DNA of 64,000 nucleotides from Candidatus Gottesmanbacteria bacterium (GTDB lineage Bacteria; Patescibacteriota; Microgenomatia; JAMCYU01): NCBI GenBank assembly GCA_043801155.1, contig JAZDMI010000011.1, positions 27,439 to 91,438 of the forward strand, read 5' to 3'. Shown piece by piece: positions 28,830 to 38,758 of this stretch (position 1 is its first letter; each line of letters starts with the position of its first letter). The notes under the pieces were generated by a model. It saw only the letters and a program-made list of their open reading frames with translations, ran no database searches and was not told where the DNA came from. The position numbers and the translations under genes were made by a program.

Positions 28830-29383
28830 TATTTAACTTTGGCTAAAACTCCGAAGTCTTGCGGGGGCCAATATATTAACCACGCTTTGCCAGTTATATC
28901 GTCCTTCACCACTGTTCCCCATTCCCGTGAATCAGAGCTGGCTAGTCGATTATCTCCCATAACGATATATTCATCTGGCGGGATTAAGAAATCTTCTCCT
29001 GATCGTAAAAAAGAACCTTGGTAAGTAGCCAGGTCTTTTTGCAGATAAGGCTCGCTAAGTCGTTGATCATTAATAAATACATGATCATTCAAAACTTTTA
29101 CTTTTTCACCGGGAAGCCCGATTATCCTTTTAATATAATCTTGTTCACGGTTATTCCGAGAACGAAAAACTATCACATCGCCTCGTGTCGGACTGCGGAA
29201 ACGATATGTAACCTTATCGGTTAATAAAAATTCTTTATTATGAAAGTTAGGTTCCATTGAACTACCGTTGACTTCGTGAGGCTGAAATAAAAATAGATAA
29301 CAAACAACAAAAATGGCTAAAGCAACAACTACAACCTCTAATAGATCAAAAAAAATTGAGGCAAATTTTTTAAAAATATCCAT
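28826..29383 (-). CDS. lepB: Signal peptidase I
   Basis: Boxes SMEPNF, KRIIGLPGEKV and GDNRLASSDSREWG. Confidence 0.85.
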   Translation of the reverse strand: MDIFKKFASIFFDLLEVVVVALAIFVVCYLFLFQPHEVNGSSMEPNFHNKEFLLTDKVTYRFRSPTRGDVIVFRSRNNREQDYIKRIIGLPGEKVKVLNDHVFINDQRLSEPYLQKDLATYQGSFLRSGEDFLIPPDEYIVMGDNRLASSDSREWGTVVKDDITGKAWLIYWPPQDFGVLAKVKY

Positions 29384-29453
29384 AAATTGATGGTATAATA
29401 AATAATACTAGATAATTGTCTATTGAAAAGCAATAACCAAAAATGATTAAAAA

Positions 29454-29525
29454 GGACTCGTAGCTCAGTGGTAGAGCGTTCGGTTCACATCCGAAAGGTC
29501 AGAGGTTCGATACCTCTCGAGTCCA
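29454..29525 (+). tRNA. tRNA-Val (anticodon CAC)
   Basis: Cloverleaf with acceptor ggactcg/cgagtcc, D-arm gctcagtggtagagc, anticodon stem ttcgg/ccgaa with loop ttCACat, and T-arm agagg-ttcgata-cctct. No encoded CCA. Confidence 0.8.
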
Positions 29526-29816
29526 CAATTTTAAATCCATTACCATCCACACCCAAGTCCTATTTTCCATCTTGTCGAATTACTCTCGCCAGAATTCTTT
29601 GTGTAGCTGCTTCTAACGGTGGATTAGGATTTTGATTTGGTGGTCGGAAGATTATTTTTGGTGGTTGACCTCTTTTATCTTTTATTTCAGTGGAGCTACC
29701 CATTTTATTATTAATAATTTAGATTATATCTTAGATGTTGTCAATACCAATATTAATTTTTCGTATTGACATGAATCAGTAAACTTTGCTACGCTTAAAT
29801 AAAGGAGGTGAATAAG

Positions 29817-30383
29817 ATGAAAATCGATGTTAAATTTTTACGCACATTATTCTTATCATCATTTATTTTAGCCCTAGCATATATCATTGGATCAAATACC
29901 GGGATGATAAACATGTCTACGACATATCAGCCGGCAGTCTTAGGCTCATTTGATGAGTATGGTTATAATCGAACCGCCCGGATTTTTAATGGAACGGGTA
30001 TGTCTTGGTGCATGGCAAAAAGTTATGGTACGGATTGGTGTAATGATTATCTTGGTCTTTATGCTGATGATAAATTAGTAATGAAATGGAATGCTGAATG
30101 GGATCGCGGGAACGCTGAAGGATGGAGTAATGGTCCTTATGATGCCTGGGAAAATAATGAATGGAACGGCAGAGTTCGTAATGGTTCCGGTGAAGTCTGG
30201 CATTATAAAATTGCCTGGGATGAAGGATGTGCAAAGAATGGGACACCAACAGGTACAGACGTTAAGGGAACAGGTTATTGTATCTGGGGTCAGTTTGCAG
30301 TCTTGATGAGCCAGGGATCAAGTACTGACAGATTACATCAGTGGGAAACCCTAGTAAAACCAGCCGGGTACGGACCATACTAA
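29817..30383 (+). CDS. Secreted or membrane-anchored Trp/Gly/Cys-rich hypothetical protein
   Basis: Strong ribosome-binding site AGGAGG 8 nt upstream of the ATG at 29817. N-terminal signal/TM segment, 6 Cys, repeated W-x-x-G and NGxG motifs. Confidence 0.5.
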   Translation: MKIDVKFLRTLFLSSFILALAYIIGSNTGMINMSTTYQPAVLGSFDEYGYNRTARIFNGTGMSWCMAKSYGTDWCNDYLGLYADDKLVMKWNAEWDRGNAEGWSNGPYDAWENNEWNGRVRNGSGEVWHYKIAWDEGCAKNGTPTGTDVKGTGYCIWGQFAVLMSQGSSTDRLHQWETLVKPAGYGPY

Positions 30384-30538
30384 GTAATTAATTCAATAAA
30401 AATTTATTAGCTAATTTTAATAGAATTGGTGAAAGGTTTTGTATTCGTAAGAATTTAATAAAAGTATTTTTTTACTACTTCAATTTTACTTCTTGATTTT
30501 TCTTAATAAAATCCTATAATAAATAACAAATTATAAAT

Positions 30539-31942
30539 ATGGCAGAACGAGAAGCAGAGTTATCTAAATTAACAGCCATTTCGCCTATTGACGGCCGTTA
30601 CCGAGATAAAGTAGAAGACCTAGCTCCTTATACTTCAGAAGCCGCTTTAATAAAAACACGGGTTGAAATTGAAGCCCGTTACTTAATTTGCTTATCGGAT
30701 ATTGAGGTAATTAGGCCATTATCAAGTCAAGAGCGTGAGTTATTAATAAATTTTGGACCGCGGATGACAATCGCGCAGGTACAAAGGGTTAAAGATATTG
30801 AAACGGTAACACGCCATGACGTTAAGGCCATGGAGCGAGCTTTTCGAGAATTTGTCGCTGGGACAACGATGCATGATGTTATTGAAATGATTCATTTTGG
30901 ATTAACCTCGGAAGATGTAAATAATTTATCTGTTAGAAGGAGGCTCTATCTGGCTACAAAAGAAGTTTGTATTCCAGCCCTTGACCAATTAGTTGATAGC
31001 TTGGTTGATAGAGCCAAGCAATATAAAGGTATACCCATGCTAGGAAGAACGCATGGCCAACCAGCAATTCCGACGACCTTAGGCAAAGAGATAGCCAATA
31101 TGGCTATTCGTTTAAATAGACAAGTTAGAAAATTAGAAGCAGTTCGACTTACGGGAAAATTGAATGGAGCTATTGGTAATTATAATGCACATGTCTTAGC
31201 CGCTCCTGAAGTTGATTGGATTTCTTTTTCGCAAAAATTTGTCCGTAGCCTTGGTCTGGAACCATATCTTTTTACCACCCAAATTAATCCTTATGAGGAT
31301 ATGATTGAATTGTTCCAGGCTTTTCAACGCGTAAATGGTGTGATATTGGATATCGACCAGGATATGTGGCGGTATATTAGCGACGATTGGTTTATCCAAG
31401 ATGTTAAAAAAGGGGAAGTCGGCTCTTCTACTATGCCGCAGAAGGTTAACCCAATTGATTTTGAAAATAGTGAAGCGAATGTCCAAATTGCTAATAGTCT
31501 TTGGGAAGGGATGAGTCGAAAACTGGCAGTTTCCAGATTACAGCGAGATTTATCTGATAGTTCAACGGGAAGAAATTATGGTGTAGCTTTAGCTCATGGA
31601 TTGCTGGCAAATAGGAATACATTAGCAGGTTTAAATCGAATACGTCCAAATACTCAAGTGATAGAACAGAAATTAAATGAAAATTGGGTGATTCTTACCG
31701 AGGGTGTTCAGACAGTCTTAAGATGGATGGGCGTAAAAGATCCATATTCGATGGTCGCTGGACTATCAAGAGGGCAACGGATAGGTCAGACAGAGTGGCA
31801 ATCATGGGTTAATCATTTAGAAATCCCTAATGATGTTAAAACCGAGTTATGGAAGTTAACCCCGGAAACATATATTGGTCATGCAGAAAAACTTACTGAT
31901 ATGGCTATTGAAGAGATAAATTTATCTAGAAAGAAAATATGA
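30539..31942 (+). CDS. purB: Adenylosuccinate lyase
   Basis: 467 aa with the fumarate-lyase signature GSSTMPQKVNPIDFEN. Confidence 0.9.
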   Translation: MAEREAELSKLTAISPIDGRYRDKVEDLAPYTSEAALIKTRVEIEARYLICLSDIEVIRPLSSQERELLINFGPRMTIAQVQRVKDIETVTRHDVKAMERAFREFVAGTTMHDVIEMIHFGLTSEDVNNLSVRRRLYLATKEVCIPALDQLVDSLVDRAKQYKGIPMLGRTHGQPAIPTTLGKEIANMAIRLNRQVRKLEAVRLTGKLNGAIGNYNAHVLAAPEVDWISFSQKFVRSLGLEPYLFTTQINPYEDMIELFQAFQRVNGVILDIDQDMWRYISDDWFIQDVKKGEVGSSTMPQKVNPIDFENSEANVQIANSLWEGMSRKLAVSRLQRDLSDSSTGRNYGVALAHGLLANRNTLAGLNRIRPNTQVIEQKLNENWVILTEGVQTVLRWMGVKDPYSMVAGLSRGQRIGQTEWQSWVNHLEIPNDVKTELWKLTPETYIGHAEKLTDMAIEEINLSRKKI

Positions 31943-32193
31943 TACCTAATGCCGAAAGAGATAGTTTAACCATCGACAATTTACAGAATGGAGATGTAGT
32001 CGGAGCGGTAGAGTTAGTCATAAAAAGAAAAACGAATAAATGTTTTTTGGTTGTGACTGATGCGATTAGAATGAGAGAAGCTTTGAGTCACCCCGCAGTA
32101 TGGGAGGTTGGATTAATAAATACTCCTGGAGTAAGCATATTAAGCGAAAAAGAGTATCGAGCATATAAGCAGGATCTAGATAAAGTTAAATAA
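31939..32193 (+). CDS. Small hypothetical protein (84 aa)
   Basis: ORF overlapping the purB stop by 4 nt. No motif. Confidence 0.3.
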   Translation: MIPNAERDSLTIDNLQNGDVVGAVELVIKRKTNKCFLVVTDAIRMREALSHPAVWEVGLINTPGVSILSEKEYRAYKQDLDKVK

Positions 32194-32198
32194 TTTTA

Positions 32199-34097
32199 CT
32201 AGTCTATTAATAGAGGATCTTCAAAAGGAAAATCGGGGTCAAATGAGATTGTACCGTGTTTATCTTCTTTTCCCTTAAGATCATATTCCTTCCAAAGTAC
32301 TCTTCCATTTTCCAAAAACTGTCCAACAATAAATAACGTTTGGTCACTATTTGGAACAAGTGATAGTTTAAAATTATTTACGTTTGGATTAGGAATAGCT
32401 ATCAGGCCATCGTTACTAATTAATAATCTACCCGATCGATCGGTAATTGAAAAACTTGCCGGATAACCAATTATCATTAAGGCAGATTTTATTTCATCAG
32501 ACGCGATATTAGAAGTTGTCGCTGGCAATCCTAAAAATTCGATTATTTTATCTATTCCTTGACTTGAGGAAATTAGACCTCCATGAGTTTGATTCAAATA
32601 TAAATTTTCAACACCAGTTAAAACTAATTGGCTACTTTCAGTAAGAACCATTCCATCACCATCAGCCATCTCTCCTTTCCCGATAGGCACACCATCTTCC
32701 CAATCACCAATTTTTTCATCATTTTTTGTTCTCGGTTTTACATCAATAAATTTTAGAGTATTAACTCCTGTTCCCGAGAGTGTACCAAAAGAAATACCCA
32801 GTGGCGGAGTAAAAGAACTTATAAGCCAATCATTAATATTATTACTAGATAAAGTCAAAGATGCACCTGTTTTCCAATCTCTTAAAAAGGAATAGGTAGG
32901 TAAAATATTACGTATTGAAGGTATAACCGTTTGTACTACCCCACGATTATTTTTACCTCGAAGAATTCCGCAATGCATTTTAAGAATATTTACAGCCATA
33001 TTTAATTGGAATGAATCCATTTTTGTTTCTCCACCTTCCCAGGTAGCATAAGTTCCGGAAGCTCCCTGATGAGGTGATCCAACCGTTAAGACTTTTTTTA
33101 CGTTACTACCGACGTTTGGTTTTTCCAGATATGCTCGGCTAACCAAACCACCAAGACTATAGCCAACGATGCTCACATCTTTATCAATAAAGTGCAGGCT
33201 GCTTAATAAATTCTTTAATGAATCCGAAGAATCTCTTACATCTTTTCGCCAATCATAATTAAAAACTCGGGTTTCAATACTCGCTGCATTAAAAGTATTT
33301 ATTAAAGGCATATAAGTACCTTCAAATAATGGATTTAATACCCACTCGCCACCTTCATAATCAGGATCACAACTTAAAACAGCTTCAGTGTTCCAACTCG
33401 CCCCCAACCCCGGAACAACGACGACTAAGGGTGTTACATTCACTTGTAATAACGTAACAATAACATTGTCATACCAAACTTCAGAAGGAGCAACAGCTCC
33501 AGTACCAACCCTAAGTCCTATTTTACCGCTCAAAATTGGATCAACAGAATCATAGTCATCAAAAATTTTTTGATTATTTATGTAAACAATAAAATGGTTA
33601 AATATTATTTCGAACTTAAAATTATATATTTGCCCGTTTTCAAGAGGGTAATATATCGAAGCAATATGATAACCACCCCCTAATTGTTCAGATCGAGCTC
33701 TTTCAAGATATATTCTATTATCCGAACTATGATGAATTTCATAAAAGTTTTCATCATCCGTATAACGAAAAACTATATTTTTATCAACTCCTTGAACTCC
33801 GCGTAAACGGACTTCATAAATATAATTATTCCAAGAATTATTCCATAAACTATTAATTGGTACGGAATTTGAAACTCCTTCTTCTACCAATATTCCATAC
33901 TCCCCATCCTTTAAAGTCCATCCAGATACACCAGATGATATCCACTTGTCAGCGTTAGAAGTAAATTGATCTTGAAAAACAATTTGAGCAGAAACATTTT
34001 TGGGGAATAGAAAGAAGAATATAAGTACTATGACAGAAATTATAATTTTTCTCACGATGTTACTATTAAAGTTAAACAATATTAATAAAATTGTCAA
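32199..34097 (-). CDS. Secreted multidomain alpha/beta-hydrolase (lipase/esterase-like) with an N-terminal LamG/DUF1080-like beta-sandwich
   Basis: 632 aa. N-terminal TM segment, jelly-roll-like region, nucleophile elbow VGYSLGGLVSR (GxSxG), C-terminal beta-rich domain. Confidence 0.65.
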   Translation of the reverse strand: MTILLILFNFNSNIVRKIIISVIVLIFFFLFPKNVSAQIVFQDQFTSNADKWISSGVSGWTLKDGEYGILVEEGVSNSVPINSLWNNSWNNYIYEVRLRGVQGVDKNIVFRYTDDENFYEIHHSSDNRIYLERARSEQLGGGYHIASIYYPLENGQIYNFKFEIIFNHFIVYINNQKIFDDYDSVDPILSGKIGLRVGTGAVAPSEVWYDNVIVTLLQVNVTPLVVVVPGLGASWNTEAVLSCDPDYEGGEWVLNPLFEGTYMPLINTFNAASIETRVFNYDWRKDVRDSSDSLKNLLSSLHFIDKDVSIVGYSLGGLVSRAYLEKPNVGSNVKKVLTVGSPHQGASGTYATWEGGETKMDSFQLNMAVNILKMHCGILRGKNNRGVVQTVIPSIRNILPTYSFLRDWKTGASLTLSSNNINDWLISSFTPPLGISFGTLSGTGVNTLKFIDVKPRTKNDEKIGDWEDGVPIGKGEMADGDGMVLTESSQLVLTGVENLYLNQTHGGLISSSQGIDKIIEFLGLPATTSNIASDEIKSALMIIGYPASFSITDRSGRLLISNDGLIAIPNPNVNNFKLSLVPNSDQTLFIVGQFLENGRVLWKEYDLKGKEDKHGTISFDPDFPFEDPLLID

Positions 34098-34109
34098 GTA
34101 TTTATTTTA

Positions 34110-35078
34110 ATGATAAAATTAGCATGCATTATGTTCAATTATTCCTTAATATTTACTTTGAAGAATGAAGAAAAGAATATTTATAAACTATTGGAATCAA
34201 TTGTAAAACAGACTGTTAAGCCTGATGAGATTATAATTTGTGACGCTGGGTCAACGGATAATACATTAGAAATCTTAGAAAATTTTAAAAAGAGCAATCC
34301 CAATTTAATGATATCTATCATTAAGGAAAAAGGAGTAAATAGATCCAAAGGCAGAAATGAAGCTATTAAACAAGCAAAAGGAGTCGTTATTATAGTAACT
34401 GACGCGGGCTGCGTTCCTGATGAGAATTGGATTAAAAATATTATTGAACCGTTTAATGATATAAACATTGATGTTGTGGCTGGCTATTACAAACCAATCA
34501 CAAAAACAATTTTTCAAAAATGTTTAGCTTGCTATACTTCCGTTATGGAAGATAAAGTCGATCCAAACAATTTTCTTCCTTCTTCTCGTTCAATTGCCTT
34601 TAAAAAAACAGCATGGGAAAAAGTTGGCGGTTATCCGGAGAAGCTTGATTATTGTGAGGATCTTGTTTTTGCAGTAAATCTGAAAAAAGCAGGATTAAAA
34701 TTCCAATTTAAACAAGACGCAATCGTATATTGGCCACAAAAAGAGAATATAATCCAAGCCTTTTGGCAGTTTTTCCACTATGCCTACGGAGACGGTCAGG
34801 CTCTTTATATGCCCCATGTTAAAAATATTACCTTTGTTTATTTTCGTTATCTAATTGGAATAATGATACTATATAATATATTTATATATGATATATCAAT
34901 ATATCATATATTATTTTGGGGAGGATTACTCTTATATATTACTTGGTCAATTATCAAAAACTATCGATATATAAAAAACTTGGCTGCTTTTTGTTATCTT
35001 CCTATTCTTCAATTTACCGCTGATTTAGCTGTAATGTTAGGATTTTTTTACGGAATTACGAGGAGAAAATCATTATGA
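34110..35078 (+). CDS. Family-2 glycosyltransferase with C-terminal TM helices
   Basis: IIICDAGSTDNT and a D-x-D-like VTDAG. The start may be the internal ATG at 34131. Confidence 0.7.
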   Translation: MIKLACIMFNYSLIFTLKNEEKNIYKLLESIVKQTVKPDEIIICDAGSTDNTLEILENFKKSNPNLMISIIKEKGVNRSKGRNEAIKQAKGVVIIVTDAGCVPDENWIKNIIEPFNDINIDVVAGYYKPITKTIFQKCLACYTSVMEDKVDPNNFLPSSRSIAFKKTAWEKVGGYPEKLDYCEDLVFAVNLKKAGLKFQFKQDAIVYWPQKENIIQAFWQFFHYAYGDGQALYMPHVKNITFVYFRYLIGIMILYNIFIYDISIYHILFWGGLLLYITWSIIKNYRYIKNLAAFCYLPILQFTADLAVMLGFFYGITRRKSL

Positions 35079-35848
35079 TGGATTTTAATGAAAGGGTAAT
35101 CCCCGGACAAAGTATGAATTTTTTATACCAGCAAGCATTGTCGCGTTATCAATATGCTAAAAATTTAATTAAGATTGGATCAAAAATTGTCGATCTTGGA
35201 TGTGGAGTAGGGTATGGCAGCGCATTGTTATCCGATATCGCTCCGGTTATTGGTATTGATATAAGCAACGAAGCAATTGCTTATGCAAAAAAGAATTATG
35301 GTAAAAATGTTGTTTTTGAAACAGGGGATATTAATAAATTAAAATTTACTAATAATGAAGTTGATGTTGTCTGCGCATTTGAGGTTATCGAGCATATTGA
35401 AAAGCCTGATAAGCTATTATATGAAGTTAAAAGAATTCTAAATAATAATGGGCAATTTTTTTTATCAACGCCCAATCGAGAAATTATGTCGGAAGATGGT
35501 CAACTTACAAGTCCATACCACAAAATAGAGTATGATTTTCAAGAGATTCAAGCATTATTAAGACAATTTTTCAGAAATGTCGAAGTCCTAGGCCAAAGAA
35601 AATCAAAAAAAGCTGATAATGCCTATAAATCATTTATAAAATCACAAACCATAAGACAAAATATTGTTAACTTTGATAAATTTTATTTACGAAAACTATT
35701 TACTCAACTATTTAAAGAAAAAATGTGGCAAAAATTGGGTAATTTATTTGGTAGGCAACACCAGGAACAACTGACAAGTTTAGATTTTCCGATTACAAAA
35801 AACGACAGCATAAATTGCGATTATTTTTTTATAATATGTCAGAAATAA
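35075..35848 (+). CDS. Class I SAM-dependent methyltransferase
   Basis: Motif I VDLGCGVGYGS and an acidic-loop D-x-V-x-x-F-E-V-I-E-H. Confidence 0.75.
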   Translation: MMDFNERVIPGQSMNFLYQQALSRYQYAKNLIKIGSKIVDLGCGVGYGSALLSDIAPVIGIDISNEAIAYAKKNYGKNVVFETGDINKLKFTNNEVDVVCAFEVIEHIEKPDKLLYEVKRILNNNGQFFLSTPNREIMSEDGQLTSPYHKIEYDFQEIQALLRQFFRNVEVLGQRKSKKADNAYKSFIKSQTIRQNIVNFDKFYLRKLFTQLFKEKMWQKLGNLFGRQHQEQLTSLDFPITKNDSINCDYFFIICQK

Positions 35849-36603
35849 AGCTATCGATTATTATTGTAAAATACCATAGCGAAAAATATCTGCAAAGTTG
35901 CCTTGCTTCAATTAATAAAAACTCAACCTATGAAATAATTATCATCGATAATGATAAAGATAATGTCGGATATGGAGGAGGATGTAATAAGGGTGCTAAA
36001 TTAGCTAAAGGAAAATATTTATTCTTTTTGAATCCTGATGTACTGCTTTTCCCTAATACGATAGAAATATTACTAAAATTTATTGATGCTGAGGAAGATG
36101 TTGCTATTGTTGCACCATTACTCTTTGATGAAAAAAAAGTTCCTTATCCATTACAGGGGAATCTGGAACTGACTCCTCTGGTGGCTATAGCTACTTTTTC
36201 CTTTATTCATAAATATTTTCCTAATAATCCTTTTTCCTTCCGCTACTGGTTAAAAGATTGGGATAAGATAGCGATTAAAGAAGTAGAAATGGTTCCCGGA
36301 GGTACACTTTTAATACGAAAACAAGTATTCGACAGAGTTGGTGGTTTTGATAATCATTTTTTTCTTTATTTTGAAGAAACTGACCTTTGCCATCGGGTTA
36401 AAAAATTGGGTTGGCGAATATTTATTAATCCACAAGCCAAAGCTATCCATTATTGGGCAAAGTCTACTCCTGATAATAACAATACAAAACGAATCTTTCG
36501 TCAGAGCCGGTTTTATTATTTCCGCAAGCATTGGGGGATTGTGCCAGCGGTATTAGTGGAGACTTTTTTAAGGAGCAGTGAATGGTTAGCCGAAAAAATT
36601 TAA
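35815..36603 (+). CDS. Family-2 glycosyltransferase
   Basis: LSIIIVKYHSEKYL...IIIDNDKDNVGYGGGCNKG...FLNPD. Confidence 0.75.
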   Translation: MRLFFYNMSEIKLSIIIVKYHSEKYLQSCLASINKNSTYEIIIIDNDKDNVGYGGGCNKGAKLAKGKYLFFLNPDVLLFPNTIEILLKFIDAEEDVAIVAPLLFDEKKVPYPLQGNLELTPLVAIATFSFIHKYFPNNPFSFRYWLKDWDKIAIKEVEMVPGGTLLIRKQVFDRVGGFDNHFFLYFEETDLCHRVKKLGWRIFINPQAKAIHYWAKSTPDNNNTKRIFRQSRFYYFRKHWGIVPAVLVETFLRSSEWLAEKI

Positions 36604-37979
36604 TAATCCTGGCGATATTTATCCTCGGAGCGTTTCTTCGTCTTTACCGCATTGAAGAAAATTTTATATTTTCTCCTGAAGTCGGACATAACTTTTTGGC
36701 GGTTAAAAACGCTTTTGCCAGCAATCAAATAGCGCTAGTTGGTCCGCCGACATCTCACCCCTGGCTATATTTTGGCCCGCTTTTCTATTGGAGTATTGGC
36801 CCGTTGCTATGGTTATTTAAATTTAATCCGCTAATCGGAGCATATTTTGGAGCCGTATTCGGAATTATTACCATAATTCTTAATTATTTGGTTATAAAGA
36901 AAATTTTTAACCAGACAATAGCAATATTTTCCTCATTTATTATTGCTATATCACCTTTATGGATTCAATTTAGCCGTGAGGCAAGGTTTTTTAGCTTAGT
37001 CCTGCCGTTAACTTATATACTATTAATATCAATATATATAAAAAACTTTTTTTTCATTGGATTATCACTGGCCGTATTACTGAATTTTCACTACAGTCCG
37101 TTAGTTTTCTTTCCTTTTATAATTACTCTTGTTCTAATAAAAAAATTAAAGGTTAATAAACAAAAAATTATCGAATTATTTATCGGTTTAATAATTCCCA
37201 GCCTGCCTTTATTAATCTACGATTCTACTCATAAATTTCAGATGGTTTTAAACCTACTGATTTGGTTCCCTTATCGATTAGCCGGATTTATCGGTTTTAT
37301 TCCTAAAAATACGGTTTCTCAAGAAACCGTGCAAGGAGGTATTAACAACTTTTATAAATTCATAAATTTATCTTTTTTACCTGATGGTAATCGACTGACA
37401 ATAATTTTGTTCTTAATTATGGTAATTTTTTCGGTTTTAAAATTCCGGCAGATTTTCATTTGGCTGTGGTTAGGATGGGGATTATCAGCTTTATTTATTC
37501 ACGGTAATCCACCGCTTCACTATTTTTTACCGCTTTTTCCAATACCAATAATTATTTTTTCATATTTCCTAGCCCAGTTATGGCACAATATCATTGGTAA
37601 AATTACCGTGCTTTTTATATTATTAATATTATTTACAGTAAACCTAACGTTTTATTTTTCCAGCCAATGGTTTTTTCTGCCTCAGGATAGAATTTGGCCA
37701 AATACAGATTATGTTCCTTATAAAATTCAACTAAATATGGTTAATACTATAATTAAGGATGCGCATGGTAAGCCATATAATTTGACCAGAGTCGGCCCAT
37801 ATGATTATTTCGCAGGAAATTTTGCCCAAAACTATCAATACCTAGCCTGGTGGATGGGCAATGAACCCGTACAGGAAAAAACCAATTTACGTTATACTAT
37901 ATATGAAACTCCAAAAAAATCTGAAGGGTTAACGATTTATAATCAGGCAAATATTAAGGTAGTCAAGGGAATACAATGA
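36582..37979 (+). CDS. GT-C fold membrane glycosyltransferase (ArnT/PMT/GT39-83-like)
   Basis: 465 aa with at least 10 TM helices and a loop-rich profile typical of polyprenyl-phosphate-sugar-dependent transferases. Confidence 0.6.
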   Translation: MVSRKNLIILAIFILGAFLRLYRIEENFIFSPEVGHNFLAVKNAFASNQIALVGPPTSHPWLYFGPLFYWSIGPLLWLFKFNPLIGAYFGAVFGIITIILNYLVIKKIFNQTIAIFSSFIIAISPLWIQFSREARFFSLVLPLTYILLISIYIKNFFFIGLSLAVLLNFHYSPLVFFPFIITLVLIKKLKVNKQKIIELFIGLIIPSLPLLIYDSTHKFQMVLNLLIWFPYRLAGFIGFIPKNTVSQETVQGGINNFYKFINLSFLPDGNRLTIILFLIMVIFSVLKFRQIFIWLWLGWGLSALFIHGNPPLHYFLPLFPIPIIIFSYFLAQLWHNIIGKITVLFILLILFTVNLTFYFSSQWFFLPQDRIWPNTDYVPYKIQLNMVNTIIKDAHGKPYNLTRVGPYDYFAGNFAQNYQYLAWWMGNEPVQEKTNLRYTIYETPKKSEGLTIYNQANIKVVKGIQ

Positions 37980-38758
37980 TTTCAGCTGTTATTTTAACTA
38001 AAAACGAAGAAAAAAATATTAAAGACTGTTTAGAAGCAGTTAAATGGTGCGAGGAAATTGTTATTATTGATGATTATTCAGAGGATCAAACGGTGTCAAC
38101 ATGTGAAATGTCAAATGTTAAATGTCAAATTTTCCAGCGACATTTAGATAAGGATTTTGCTGCGCAAAGAAATTATGGATTAGAAAAGGCTAGGGGACCT
38201 GCCCGCCATGCTTCGCAAGGCGATGCGGGCGGGGAGTGGGTATTATTTTTAGATGCCGATGAAAGGGTAACAGAAGATCTAAAAGAAGAAATTCTTCACT
38301 TCGTTCAGAATGATAAATATAATGGTTTCTATTTAAAAAGAAAAGACTTTCTTTTTGGTAAAAGACTTAATCATGGAGAATCGGGGAATATAAAGTTATT
38401 AAGACTGGCAAAAAAAGATTCAGGAATATGGGGTCGCTCTGTTCATGAGACTTGGCAAATAAAAGGATTAATAGGGGAGTTAACCAATCCCCTATTACAT
38501 TATCCTCATCAGAAAATAAGTGAATTTTTACATGATATTAATATCTATACTGATATCAATGCCCAAGTTTTTTATCAACAAGAAATCAAAGTTAGATTTT
38601 GGCAGATTTTTATATATCCTTTTGGGAAGTTTATTAAAAACTATTTTTTTAAATTGGGGATTCTCGATAAGACACCTGGTTTTATTCACGCAGTCATGAT
38701 GAGTTTCCATTCTTTTTTGACCAGAGCAAAACTCTGGGTATTATGGCATTCTTCATAA
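37976..38758 (+). CDS. Family-2 glycosyltransferase carrying an in-frame GC-rich insert
   Basis: ISAVILTKNEEKNI...IIDDYSED...FLDADE. Confidence 0.75.
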   Translation: MISAVILTKNEEKNIKDCLEAVKWCEEIVIIDDYSEDQTVSTCEMSNVKCQIFQRHLDKDFAAQRNYGLEKARGPARHASQGDAGGEWVLFLDADERVTEDLKEEILHFVQNDKYNGFYLKRKDFLFGKRLNHGESGNIKLLRLAKKDSGIWGRSVHETWQIKGLIGELTNPLLHYPHQKISEFLHDINIYTDINAQVFYQQEIKVRFWQIFIYPFGKFIKNYFFKLGILDKTPGFIHAVMMSFHSFLTRAKLWVLWHSS

